DNA from: an uncultured Pseudomonadota bacterium
Lineage (GTDB): Bacteria; Vulcanimicrobiota; Vulcanimicrobiia; Eremiobacterales; Eremiobacteraceae
Length of the DNA stretch: 64,000 nucleotides
NCBI GenBank assembly: GCA_963736005.1
Contig: CAVTNB010000002.1
Location: forward strand, 96,001 to 160,000
Direction of reading: 5' to 3'
Notes under the pieces: generated by a model
Database searches by the model: none
Seen by the model: only the letters and a program-made list of their open reading frames with translations
Told to the model about the DNA's origin: nothing
Translations under genes and position numbers: made by a program
Shown here: one piece after another, positions 1 through 9,710 of the stretch
Numbering within the stretch: position 1 is the stretch's first letter
Layout of the letters: the number at the start of each line of letters is the position of its first letter

Positions 1-15
1 GTAGAAGAGAGTGTT

Positions 16-615
16 ATGCACATAATCCTAGCCATGCTCAGCGCTTTGCAACTCGTGGCGGCCACGACTGCTGCCGCCCCGTCCGAACAAATCGTTCTCT
101 CTGGAGGCTGCTTTTGGGGCATGGAAGCTGTCTTCGATGATCTCAAGGGCGTGACCAATGTCGTGTCAGGCTACTCCGGTGGCAACAAGACCACGGCGCA
201 CTACGAGATGGTGAGCACGGGCCTCACGGGGCACGCCGAATCGGTGGAAATAACCTTTGATCCGAGCAAGATCTCGCTCCAACAATTGCTCGCCGTATAC
301 TTTCTCGTCGCCCACGACCCGACGCAACTCAATCGCCAAGGACCTGACGTCGGCAGTCAGTATCGATCCGTGATCTTCTATGAAGATGATGCGCAAAAGC
401 AAATCGCGCAGACCTACATCAAGCAACTGACCGACGCCAAAGTTTTTGACGCCCCGATCGTCACGCAAGTGGTGCCGCTGCAAGCGTTCTATCCAGCCGA
501 GGCCTACCACCAACACTATGTGGCGAACAACCCCGACAACCCCTACGTCGTCTACGAAGACTTACCCAAACTCGCACACCTGCGCACGAAATTCCCAAAC
601 CTTATCAAAACATAG
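16..615 (+). CDS. msrA: Peptide-methionine (S)-S-oxide reductase MsrA with N-terminal signal-like peptide
   Basis: GGCFWG catalytic motif, GYSGG, GHAESV, HDPTQLNRQG, FYPAEAYHQHY; hydrophobic N-terminus. Confidence 0.95.
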   Translation: MHIILAMLSALQLVAATTAAAPSEQIVLSGGCFWGMEAVFDDLKGVTNVVSGYSGGNKTTAHYEMVSTGLTGHAESVEITFDPSKISLQQLLAVYFLVAHDPTQLNRQGPDVGSQYRSVIFYEDDAQKQIAQTYIKQLTDAKVFDAPIVTQVVPLQAFYPAEAYHQHYVANNPDNPYVVYEDLPKLAHLRTKFPNLIKT

Positions 616-698
616 CGGGGTCTAGAATGTGGCGCCGAACACGCTCGGCTCCGCCAACTCGAAAAGGGCCCTGACGCGCATGCTGGAACTTCTGGAGC

Positions 699-1497
699 AT
701 GCGCATCACTTTTGCTACGCTCCTTGCTTGCTTGGTATTTCTAGCGTTGGGCAGCTTTGCGTTGTCCGCACCGACACCCAAACCCACCGCCAAGCCCACG
801 CCGAAGGCTGCGGCGCTCTCAAAGGCACAGCAGCAAAAGCTCGCCGAGCTTAAAGCATCGGCGCCAGCAGATGAATATTTTGGGAAGATGAAGCTAAGCT
901 TCCTCGGCATTAACAACACGTTTCGCGACCAGGCGATTCGGGCGGGCGACCACACCACGAATCCAAGTGTCACAGGACCGCTCGGATGGGCTGAGGATGC
1001 GCTGCACGCCTGGCAGAAAAAATATTCTAAAGATCCGCAGCTGGCGCGCTCGTACTACCTAGCATTCCTCGCCGATCGCAAAATCTGGCTTGCCGACTTC
1101 CAGCAACGCGCCACCGCCTACCTCGTCGTCGCTGAGGCAAAAGTTCCCGACCACGTTCTTTGGCAAACAGGCCAAGGCGGATCTGCAAAAGGGCATGACG
1201 ATGAATTTTTACGCGCCAGCAATGCCCTGCGACACCAGCGCTCCTGTGTTAGGCACTCCTGCGCCGTTGCCAACGGCCGATGTCAAAAACAACATCAAAG
1301 TCAACGCTATCCCGGTGCCTTGCTACACAATTGCACCCTCGCCGATCCCCCTGCCGGGTATTTCGGCGACACCTATTCCTGAGGTCTCGCCCACACCCGC
1401 GCCGACTTCCCTGACACCAACGCCGATTTCCCCGACAAATACGCCGGCTTCCCCGACACCAACGCCGTCCGCATCGGCTAGCGCAACGCCAACCTAA
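699..1497 (+). CDS. Secreted hypothetical protein with Pro/Thr-rich C-terminal tail (frameshift near 1125-1135 joins ORFs 699..1382 and 1090..1497)
   Basis: Signal peptide and APADEYFG...LGINN segment; protein-like sequence continues in the second frame (LRQKFPTTFFGKQ...PT repeats). Confidence 0.65.
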
Positions 1498-2417
1498 GCG
1501 CGGAACACGCGGAATCGTCCGTCAATCGCAAGCAGACCGCCAAAAATCAAAAGCATTCCGAGCAGGCTCGTCAGCGCGATGTGCTCTTTGAGGACGAGAG
1601 CCCCGAGCAGCAACGCGCTCGCAGGGGTGAGCAGCGTGACGAGCAAGACGTTGGTTGCACCAGCTGAGGCCAACACCCGGAAGTAAAGCACGTAAGCAAG
1701 AACCGTGCTGAGGACCGCAATGCCGAGCAGAGCACCCCAGCCGCTGATGGCCAGTGTTGGTGGGTGTAGCCACGGCTTGTCGAAGACGAACGCAAGAGGC
1801 GCGCTCAGTACCGCAGCGCCAGCGATTTGTCCGGTTGAAGCAACCAACGGTGAAACTCCCATGCTTCGAAACCGTCGACCGTAGACCGCCGCGCACGCAT
1901 AGCAGATTGCTGCAGCGATACAGGCGAGCTGCGCGAGGCTCGTGAGATTGATGGTCATCAATGCTTTGGGCCTCATCAGCACCCCAACCCCAAGGATGCC
2001 GAGCACGATGCCCACCACTCGATTCGGCGTGATGCGCTCGTCGGCAGTGGAGAAATGTGCGATGAGCACAGTGAACATCGGCGTCGTCGCATTGAGGATG
2101 GACGCGAGACCGCTTGCGATCTGCGATTCGCTCCAGCTGATCAGACTAAATGGGAGAGCGCAATTCAGCATCCCCATCACGAAGAAGGCTTGCCACGCTG
2201 GTCGAGTTCGCGGAAGCGATTGGCGCCGTAAAATGACGAGCGCAAACAACAGAACAAAAGACAAAGCAACTCTGGCGAACACGAGGCTAAAGGGCGAGAT
2301 TTGACCTACGAGAATTTTATAGAAGAAAAATGCCGCGCCCCACACGACGGAGAGCGCAGCAATTGAAATCCAATCCGCAGCACTCATGACCCTCGACTCA
2401 CGCATTGGACGTATCAT
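1494..2417 (-). CDS. DMT/EamA family transporter (start may be the later Met at 2388)
   Basis: About 10 hydrophobic segments; WG and SGLASILNATTP motifs. Confidence 0.9.
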   Translation of the reverse strand: MIRPMRESRVMSAADWISIAALSVVWGAAFFFYKILVGQISPFSLVFARVALSFVLLFALVILRRQSLPRTRPAWQAFFVMGMLNCALPFSLISWSESQIASGLASILNATTPMFTVLIAHFSTADERITPNRVVGIVLGILGVGVLMRPKALMTINLTSLAQLACIAAAICYACAAVYGRRFRSMGVSPLVASTGQIAGAAVLSAPLAFVFDKPWLHPPTLAISGWGALLGIAVLSTVLAYVLYFRVLASAGATNVLLVTLLTPASALLLGALVLKEHIALTSLLGMLLIFGGLLAIDGRFRVFRA

Positions 2418-2546
2418 ACCAAAAGGTCTTCGCGACGCGCCATCCGAATCGCGACGTTAAAGTTTGTTATGTTGCCAAAGGATGACGCTTAACTTTGTTA
2501 CTTGGGCCGGGGGAGAATCTGACCAGACAGCAACATGCCGCGGTCA

Positions 2547-3773
2547 TCAAGTGTAGGCATCGCGGCCAAGCACCTGAAAACACTCGCGCACCAGCTCCCA
2601 CCGCTCCTCGCTCTTGATGACAAAAATGGCAACGCCTTGACCCTCGACTGAAATCCTGGCGTCGGGGGCCAAAGTTTTGTTGCGGTTGCGATCGATATTC
2701 AAACCAAAGCAGGCCAGTTGCGAACAGGCGGCCTCTCGAAGGGCCGGCGTATTCTCACCAATGCCCCCGGTGAAAAGCAGAGCATCGAGTCCACCGAGGC
2801 TCGCAACCATCGAGCCAATTGCGCGACGCAAGCGATGCACGTAGACGTCGAAGGCAAGCTTGGCGTGAGGCTGGGACTTCTCGATGCCGGCAAGGATGTC
2901 GCGCATGTCACCCGATGCGCCAGAAATTCCCTTGAGGCCGCACTCCTCGTTAAGTGTGCGGCGCAACTGTGCAGCCGTAAACTTGCCACTTTCAATGAGT
3001 TGCAGCACTAGGCCCGGGTCGATATCGCCGCTGCGTTCTCCCATGACGAGCCCTTCCATGGGCGTCCACCCCATCGTGGTATCGATGCTTTGTCCGGCCT
3101 CGACTGCGGCGAGGGAACAGCCGTTGCCTAGATGGCACGACACGATTCTTAGCTGAGCAAGGTCCTTGCCCAAGAGCTGCGCGCAACGCTCCGACACATA
3201 GCGGTGGCTAATGCCGTGAAACCCGAGGCGGCGCATGCCCCAGTCATCTCGCCACGCGAGCGGCACGGCATACGTGTATGCCTCTTCTGGGAGCGTCGCA
3301 TGAAACTCTGAGTCGAAGATCGCGACCTGAGGTTTTTGACCAAAGGATCCCTCGACGACCTCGATACCTGCGAGGGCCATGGGATTGTGCTCCGGCGCAA
3401 GCGGTGAGGCTTCTTCAATCGCCGACTTGACGTCATCTGTGACCACGACGCTGTGTCGTGCCAGCCTGCCCCCATGGACGACGCGATGGGCGGCCGCATC
3501 AATCGCTCCAAGCGAACTCCCACCCACACCAGAACCAAACGAGCGCGCAAACAATGCGTGGATGGCCGCCTTGCGGTTCTCGACGTCAACGCTTATCGGA
3601 GAGAGTTGCATGGCGGACCTTCGCTCAAGAATCGTGGCTCGGCCTGGGATATCTTCCCAGCTCGCTTCGCCACTCCAGAGCGGCACGGGCGGCGTGAGCT
3701 GCACCGGTGTGTTGATTTGGTACAACGAAGCCTTATAGCTGGAAGATCCGGCGTCACATGCTAAGATGCGCAT
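2547..3773 (-). CDS. ackA: Acetate kinase
   Basis: DAGSSSYK, HRVVHGG, LAPEHN, GFHGISH, HLGNGCS, FTGGIGEN motifs. Confidence 0.95.
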   Translation of the reverse strand: MRILACDAGSSSYKASLYQINTPVQLTPPVPLWSGEASWEDIPGRATILERRSAMQLSPISVDVENRKAAIHALFARSFGSGVGGSSLGAIDAAAHRVVHGGRLARHSVVVTDDVKSAIEEASPLAPEHNPMALAGIEVVEGSFGQKPQVAIFDSEFHATLPEEAYTYAVPLAWRDDWGMRRLGFHGISHRYVSERCAQLLGKDLAQLRIVSCHLGNGCSLAAVEAGQSIDTTMGWTPMEGLVMGERSGDIDPGLVLQLIESGKFTAAQLRRTLNEECGLKGISGASGDMRDILAGIEKSQPHAKLAFDVYVHRLRRAIGSMVASLGGLDALLFTGGIGENTPALREAACSQLACFGLNIDRNRNKTLAPDARISVEGQGVAIFVIKSEERWELVRECFQVLGRDAYT

Positions 3774-3818
3774 GCTGCATCCTTACGCCGTCGCTGGAGC
3801 ATCACATTTTCTAGAGCG

Positions 3819-3853
3819 AAGAGGCCGCGACGTAAGTTGGCGCGGCCTCTTTT
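3819..3853. terminator. 11-bp stem hairpin between hsp20 and ackA
   Basis: AAGAGGCCGCG-11 nt-CGCGGCCTCTT followed by TT. Confidence 0.5.
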
Positions 3854-3895
3854 GTGGTCGGGGTTTTATTGCTGGCATTTTACCAGGCTGAGCAG

Positions 3896-4369
3896 CTAGT
3901 GAATGGCGACCTTCTTGACTTCGGTTGGGCGAAGCGAGGGAACTTCAACTTTCAGAATTCCCTTTTCGAAGCTCGCTATCACCTTCTCGGGATCGAGATT
4001 CTCTGGGAAACTTACCGAGCGTGAGAAGCTTCCCTGACGGAGCTCGCGATAGTGATACTGCTTTTCCTTTTCTCCGACTTCCTTGGAGTATTTGCCTGAT
4101 ATGGTCAAACAGTTACCGTCAATTTCGATGTTGATGTCTTTCTTCTCAAGACCGGGCAGCTCCACCTCAATGACGTACGATCCGTTTTTCTTATACAGAT
4201 CCATCGGCGGTACCGTCAACTCTTGGTATTGTGTTGGCCGCATGACCGAATCCAGGAACGAATTCATCCTGCGACGGAATGTCGAGACTTCACCGAACGG
4301 GGCAATCTCAAAGAGATCTTCAAAAAATGGACGAATCTCTTCTTTCTTTGTGAGCATGGTGGTTGTCAT
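3896..4369 (-). CDS. Hsp20/alpha-crystallin small heat shock protein
   Basis: ELPGL..DI.I, RE...GSFSRSV.FP, A.FEKGILKV.VP; strong AGGAG RBS. Confidence 0.93.
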   Translation of the reverse strand: MTTTMLTKKEEIRPFFEDLFEIAPFGEVSTFRRRMNSFLDSVMRPTQYQELTVPPMDLYKKNGSYVIEVELPGLEKKDINIEIDGNCLTISGKYSKEVGEKEKQYHYRELRQGSFSRSVSFPENLDPEKVIASFEKGILKVEVPSLRPTEVKKVAIH

Positions 4370-4427
4370 GGCACTTTCTCCTTTCTTCCTTTGAGTAAAT
4401 TGGCTTGAGTAAATTGGCTTCTTTGCG

Positions 4428-5090
4428 CTAATCGATGGTCAAAAGATTCTCAACCTTCGTCACACCAGGTACGGACCAAGCTGCTCGCGTCGCTTCGTCC
4501 CGCTCTCGACATGTGTGCACGAGCCCCTTGAGTATGACCCGGCCGCCGCTGGTTTCAACACAGATCCGTTTGGCGATTCGCCTTGCCTCGGCTTCAGCCG
4601 TGAGCTCAAACTGTCGCTCGATCCTTGCTTTCACACCGCTCGGCGGCGCATTGTTTCTCACCTCGATCACGTTGGTTACGGCGGTAACGCCGACGAGGCT
4701 ACGAACCGAAGTTTCCGCCTCTGACCGTTGGAATCGCCAATCGACCCGTCCGCTCAGAGTGATGTGGCCACTCTCCACGGTCACCTGGATCCCTTCAATC
4801 GGCAAAAACGTGTTCCAAGATATCGCGGAGAGCGCTGCAGCTGCAATGTTGGCGTCCGTTCGCCGGTGCATCTGTGGGAGTTCTACTTTCAGCTCTTCTG
4901 CGATGCCACGAACGCCAACGATTCGTTTTATCAGATCTTCGATAACATACTTTTGTCCGTAACTGGGGACTGTACCGGTCAGCGTGACAATGCCTTCGCA
5001 GACAGCAACCCCAATATCACCCTCGTCGACGCGTGGATCTGCTGCTAGCTCCTCGATGACGTCCTTGTGGAGTTCAACATCTGCCTTCAT
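4428..5090 (-). CDS. Triple BON-domain (OsmY-like) protein
   Basis: Three G.VTL.G.V / GV..V.N repeats; GGAGG RBS before ATG 5090. Confidence 0.9.
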   Translation of the reverse strand: MKADVELHKDVIEELAADPRVDEGDIGVAVCEGIVTLTGTVPSYGQKYVIEDLIKRIVGVRGIAEELKVELPQMHRRTDANIAAAALSAISWNTFLPIEGIQVTVESGHITLSGRVDWRFQRSEAETSVRSLVGVTAVTNVIEVRNNAPPSGVKARIERQFELTAEAEARRIAKRICVETSGGRVILKGLVHTCRERDEATRAAWSVPGVTKVENLLTID

Positions 5091-5250
5091 GGAAATCACC
5101 TCCCGTTTAAACCAGTCTAACCGGGCTGCGGGCCGAGCCCTGTGAAGGAGCGGTGAATTTCAACCCCCAAATGCGACCACTGTCGGTTTTTCAAAACAGA
5201 CGCGACGAAAGTCGCGTCCGGCGCTTTCTCATCCCGTGGAGTAAACGATT

Positions 5251-5676
5251 GTGTTTCAAAAGATCTTAGTTCCAGTGGACGGCTCACCGATCTCCGACGC
5301 CGGCATTAGCCTCGCGATCAAACTCGCGGCTCCTCTTCACGCCCAGGTACGCTTTGTCTACGTCGTCGAGCCCGCGAGGGTCATGGAAGTGGCCTCGGCG
5401 CCGATCACGGTTCTCGAACCGGACATCGCGAAGGCCGCAGGGAAAGAATTCTTAGCGGAAGCGGTCGCCCGTGCTCGCAGCGCCGAGGTAAACACATCCA
5501 TCGAACTCGCTGAGGGCCCGGCGACCGACAAGATCCTCGAGGCGGCGCGCTCGTTTGGTGCGGATGTCATCGTCATGGGAACGCATGGGCGCGGCGGCAT
5601 CATGAGGGCGGTGCTCGGCAGTGTCGCCGAGGGTGTCATCCGCCGAGCTCATATCCCGGTTCTTGTCACCCGTTAG
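5251..5676 (+). CDS. Universal stress protein (UspA family)
   Basis: KILVPVDGS and MGTHGRGG...LGSVAE motifs. Confidence 0.93.
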   Translation: MFQKILVPVDGSPISDAGISLAIKLAAPLHAQVRFVYVVEPARVMEVASAPITVLEPDIAKAAGKEFLAEAVARARSAEVNTSIELAEGPATDKILEAARSFGADVIVMGTHGRGGIMRAVLGSVAEGVIRRAHIPVLVTR

Positions 5677-6529
5677 CTGAATAGTCCGCATCCAGCATGC
5701 CGGTGCCCGTCAAGAGGACCTCGATCTCTTGAGTGATTTCTTCTTGGCGCGCTCTATTGAGTTGTTGCTGGGCTTGCTCAACGCGCTCTTCTAGCCGACG
5801 CAGTGCCGTCGTCATGTGGGCGAAACGTCTTTGATTCTCAACGACGAGTGCAGTCGAGAAGATCTCCTGGAACGCCGCATAGAGATACTGATCGAGAACC
5901 TGCCCATACAGCTTCTGGGGAGTTACGTAAAGGAGCGGCGGCGTACGCAAACCCATGCTTTCTCGATCGAACTTTGGAAGTGGGACGATGTTCCGTATCA
6001 CCACGCCGGTTTCAGTGTTGTACGCGGTCATGATTTGAAGGAACGTCATGTCGCGCTTTCTCTCGACCTCTTTGCGCGCATCGAGCAGACGGATCAGCGC
6101 ATCAGGAATTTCTTCGGCAGCCGCAGCTCCACTAACGACCGCGTCCACATTTCCCATTTTGGTTCCCAATCGATTGCCGACGACGATCGTCGCATGCGCG
6201 CCAACGGACGGTACGGCGCTCGTGTGCGCTTGCCAAGCATGCACAATATCCGCGTTGTAGTCGCCGCAGAAGCCACGCTCGGAACCGAGGAGCACCCAAA
6301 GATCGCGTCCGCGGGTGTTCGAGCTTAGCTCCAGCTCCGGATAGAAGGTGATGAGATCGTGTGCGGCGGCGAGAATGTTTTCGATGCTCTTGCGCCGGTC
6401 AGCCTGGGTTCTGGAGAGTTTTGCGATCTCGACGAGCGCCAGGCTCTTCATCGCAGTCATGACGTTGCCGATCTCTCGCAGTGCGCTCAAACGCACTCGA
6501 AGCTCATGGGCCTTCGGCATGAAACTCAC
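5666..6529 (-). CDS. atpG: N-type F1Fo ATPase gamma subunit
   Basis: N-terminal AMK helix, SERGFCG.YN, RQEEITQEI; last gene of atp cluster. Confidence 0.88.
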   Translation of the reverse strand: MSFMPKAHELRVRLSALREIGNVMTAMKSLALVEIAKLSRTQADRRKSIENILAAAHDLITFYPELELSSNTRGRDLWVLLGSERGFCGDYNADIVHAWQAHTSAVPSVGAHATIVVGNRLGTKMGNVDAVVSGAAAAEEIPDALIRLLDARKEVERKRDMTFLQIMTAYNTETGVVIRNIVPLPKFDRESMGLRTPPLLYVTPQKLYGQVLDQYLYAAFQEIFSTALVVENQRRFAHMTTALRRLEERVEQAQQQLNRARQEEITQEIEVLLTGTGMLDADYSANG

Positions 6530-8009
6530 GTAACGAGGATTTCACCATGGCGCTCCACTGCGATCGCGTACGCTCCAGCGTCAACGTCGCGTCCTGCTGT
6601 TTGCTTAGGTGTCCAAGCACGTCGGCAAGCCGGTCGATCGGGAGACTGTCAAGCAGTCCGTCATTGAACGCAACCAGCCACGCCATATCGAGCTCCACGG
6701 AAGCGCAGGTCAGTCGCTCCTGCTTCAAGAGCTCGCGCAAGCGCGCACCTCGCGCGATCCGCGCCTCGGTCGATGCCTCTAAGCGAGTCCCGAAGTGAGT
6801 AAACGCTTCAAGCTCTAACGCTTGCAAGTATTCCAACCGCATACGGCCCGCTTCTGTGCGTAAAAGCGGATGCTGGGCTCTTCCTCCGATGCGCGAAACT
6901 GATTTGGTGACATCAATCGCAGGCAGAATACCCGATGCAAAAAGGCGAGCATCGAAATAGATTTGCCCGTCGGTAATGGAGATGAGATTGGTTGGAATAA
7001 AGTCGGCAATTTCTCCCTGTCGCGTTTCAATGATCGGCAGCGCGGTCAGCGTGCCGCCCCCGAACGTCTCGTTCAGGCACGTTGCGCGCTCGAGCAGTCT
7101 GGAGTGCAGGAAGAAAATGTCGCCCGGATACGCCTCGCGACCCGGCGGGCGCCGGAGGATCAATGACAACGCACGATATGCGTCCGCATGTTTTGAAAGG
7201 TCGTCATACACGACGAGGGTGTCCCTGCCAGTTGCCGTCCAAGCTTCAGCTATGGTGCAGCCCGTGAATGGCGCCAAAAACGTAAGACCCGGACGTCGAT
7301 CCGCTTCAGCGACGACGACGGTCGTGTACGCCATCGCACCAGTTTTGTCGAGCGCCTCGAGAACGCCGACGAGTTTTGATCGACGCTGACCGATCAGCAC
7401 GTACACGCACCGGACGCCGGAACTCGCCTGGTTGATGACCGTCGCCAGGGCAACGCTCGTCTTCCCGGTGCCTGCATCCCCGATCATGAGTTGCCGTTGG
7501 CCTTTTCCAATCGGCAGCAGCGTATCGATAACTTTGACACCCGTGGCAAGCGGCTGGCGGACAAACTCTCGGGTGACAAGCGGAGGCGAACCCACGTCGA
7601 CTTCCTGCCACGCGGTGGCTGCCGGAATGTCCCCGCCATCAAGCGGGCGTCCGAGGGGATCGATGACCCTGCCGAGCAGCGCATCGCCGACAGGCGTTGC
7701 GGCTCTGCCATCGAGGAGCGACACTTCGTCTCCGGATGCGATGCCCAACTCGTCATCAAGCACGATCGCTCCGATTGCATGCTCGCGCAAGTGAAAGATG
7801 ATGCCGCGACCACCGCGCTCGAATTCCACGAGCTGGTCCAGCTTTGCAGACGGGAGGCCATCGATCCAGGCAACGCCGTCTCCTACGGCACCAACGCGAC
7901 CGCGTTCGCCGACCCGAAGGCGAAAGTCATATGTCTCAAGCTTTTTCTGTTGTCGCTCGAGTGGCAGGTTCGACGAGCCAGGCGTGTGCATATCAGGCCA
8001 TTCCATCAA
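6504..8009 (-). CDS. atpA: N-type F1Fo ATPase alpha subunit
   Basis: GDAGTGKT Walker A, YDDLSKHA, RRPPGREAYPGDIF, PTNLISITDGQI, SVSRIGG. Confidence 0.95.
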   Translation of the reverse strand: MMEWPDMHTPGSSNLPLERQQKKLETYDFRLRVGERGRVGAVGDGVAWIDGLPSAKLDQLVEFERGGRGIIFHLREHAIGAIVLDDELGIASGDEVSLLDGRAATPVGDALLGRVIDPLGRPLDGGDIPAATAWQEVDVGSPPLVTREFVRQPLATGVKVIDTLLPIGKGQRQLMIGDAGTGKTSVALATVINQASSGVRCVYVLIGQRRSKLVGVLEALDKTGAMAYTTVVVAEADRRPGLTFLAPFTGCTIAEAWTATGRDTLVVYDDLSKHADAYRALSLILRRPPGREAYPGDIFFLHSRLLERATCLNETFGGGTLTALPIIETRQGEIADFIPTNLISITDGQIYFDARLFASGILPAIDVTKSVSRIGGRAQHPLLRTEAGRMRLEYLQALELEAFTHFGTRLEASTEARIARGARLRELLKQERLTCASVELDMAWLVAFNDGLLDSLPIDRLADVLGHLSKQQDATLTLERTRSQWSAMVKSSLREFHAEGP

Positions 8010-8730
8010 AGAATCGCAGCTCGGCTTGAAGATTGGCGTCGAGCGTGAACGGTCCGACGTCGATTCGCAGCCCAGCGCGCAGCGCAGGATCTTGCTGGAA
8101 TTGAAGCTCCACAGGACGTCCGACAGCTGCGGACAGCGCGGTCTGGATGTGTCGGCGAGCCGTTTCGTCGAGGGGATATGCCGTCGTGACCGTCATCTTA
8201 CCCTCAGCTTCGCTGGCGGCCTTGCCGAGATCCGCGCGGGTTGCCGAAGCCAGAGCATCTAGGTCCGACGTCGCCAGATCGACGATGCCCGCCTCAAGGC
8301 TTGGCGAAGCGAGCCGGCCCAACATCTTTGAGAGAAACGCCGTTGCGTGCGACACTGCGGTATGCTCGTCCTCGTCCATGCGTAAGCGCAACTGCCGCTC
8401 TTGCTCCGCCATCGCGCGCTCGCGTTCTCGTTGCAGTTCATCCCTGAACGCCAACTTTGCCGCGGCACGTTCTGCTTCGAGCTCTTGGGAGAAGACACGC
8501 CGAGCTTCCACCTTCTCGCGCTCCCACGACTCCATGCGGTCGCGAAAGCGAGCTTCAACTTGCGCCGCCGCTTTTTCCCGATTCGCGGCGTCACTCAGAG
8601 CCTTATCGACCTGGGCACGACGAGTGGCGATTGCAGTGCGGATCGGCCGGTACAGCAGCCACGTCAGCAGCCAGGCGAGAATAAGGAAATTGACGATTTC
8701 CAGGACGAACGTAGTCCAACTGAATTCCAA
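7993..8730 (-). CDS. atpF: N-type ATPase b subunit with fused C-terminal delta-like domain
   Basis: WTTFVLEIVNFLIL...LYRPI TM, coiled coil, C-terminal VTTAYPL...DPALRAGLRI. Confidence 0.88.
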   Translation of the reverse strand: MEFSWTTFVLEIVNFLILAWLLTWLLYRPIRTAIATRRAQVDKALSDAANREKAAAQVEARFRDRMESWEREKVEARRVFSQELEAERAAAKLAFRDELQRERERAMAEQERQLRLRMDEDEHTAVSHATAFLSKMLGRLASPSLEAGIVDLATSDLDALASATRADLGKAASEAEGKMTVTTAYPLDETARRHIQTALSAAVGRPVELQFQQDPALRAGLRIDVGPFTLDANLQAELRFFDGMA

Positions 8731-8739
8731 GACGACCGC

Positions 8740-9009
8740 TCACTTGTGAAGGAGATTTGCCAAGAGTGGATTCCGAAACAGTATGACGAGAACGATCACG
8801 AGCACGTAGATGGCCAAGGATTCGATCATTGCTAGGCCGATGAACAGCATCCGGGTGATCGAGGCTTCAGATTCGGGTTGGCGGGCCAGTGAATCCAACG
8901 CTTGCGAGATAACGCGACCCATAGCCAAGCCAGGCCCAATGGACGCGATGGCAATCGCAAGTCCGGCGACGATGGTGGAGGCGATGGTGAACCAGCCTAA
9001 TTCCGTCAT
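8740..9009 (-). CDS. atpE: Fo c subunit (89 aa)
   Basis: GPGLAMG glycine helix, ARQPE loop, IESLAIY carboxylate helix; start overlaps atpB stop. Confidence 0.93.
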   Translation of the reverse strand: MTELGWFTIASTIVAGLAIAIASIGPGLAMGRVISQALDSLARQPESEASITRMLFIGLAMIESLAIYVLVIVLVILFRNPLLANLLHK

Positions 9010-9710
9010 AGTGAACCTGCTTTCTGCCGATCGTGGACATCTTGCGACGCGACCGAGCCTGCGACGTAAACGAGTGCGAGCATGCCAAAAATATAGGCTT
9101 GGATGACTGCTTCGAGCACATGAAGCATCAGCAAGGGCACCGGCACGAGCAGTCCGGCAAGCACAATAACGATGGCCGCGGCGAGCTGCAAGCTCATCAT
9201 GTTGCCGTACAACCTGATCGCAAGGGTTAGGCTCCTTGAGAACTCGCTGATGATCTGAAATGGTGTTAACAGTGGACTCGGGTCGATGTAGTGCCGTAGA
9301 TAGCGTCTCCAGCCATAGTACCGCACGGCAAACCAGTGCGTGTAGAGGAACACAAGCAACGCAAGAGCGGCCGTTGTCGAGAGGTCGCTTGTGGGGGAAC
9401 GCAGACCTGGTATGACGCCACTTAAGTTGGAAATCGCGATGAAGACCCACAAAGTCGCGATAAACGGCAAGACAGCCGCGCCGCCGCGCTCAGGAATCAC
9501 CGCGCGGATGTTTGCTTCCACTGCCTCGTAGAGTTGTTCCAACGTCACAAGGACGCCCTTTTTGGCATGGATGCTGCTTACTCGTGCAAGGGCCGCAAAA
9601 GCGACGAGCAAAATCATGATCCCCCACGTGACGACGACGGTTTCGGTAATGGCAAATGGTCCGATGCGAAAGACCGTGGGAATCGCAAATGGAACTTGCG
9701 CAGCGCTCAT
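9006..9710 (-). CDS. atpB: Fo a subunit
   Basis: PTSDLSTT and SRSLTLAIRLYGNM (essential Arg), IQAYIF; ATGA overlap with upstream gene. Confidence 0.92.
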   Translation of the reverse strand: MSAAQVPFAIPTVFRIGPFAITETVVVTWGIMILLVAFAALARVSSIHAKKGVLVTLEQLYEAVEANIRAVIPERGGAAVLPFIATLWVFIAISNLSGVIPGLRSPTSDLSTTAALALLVFLYTHWFAVRYYGWRRYLRHYIDPSPLLTPFQIISEFSRSLTLAIRLYGNMMSLQLAAAIVIVLAGLLVPVPLLMLHVLEAVIQAYIFGMLALVYVAGSVASQDVHDRQKAGSL

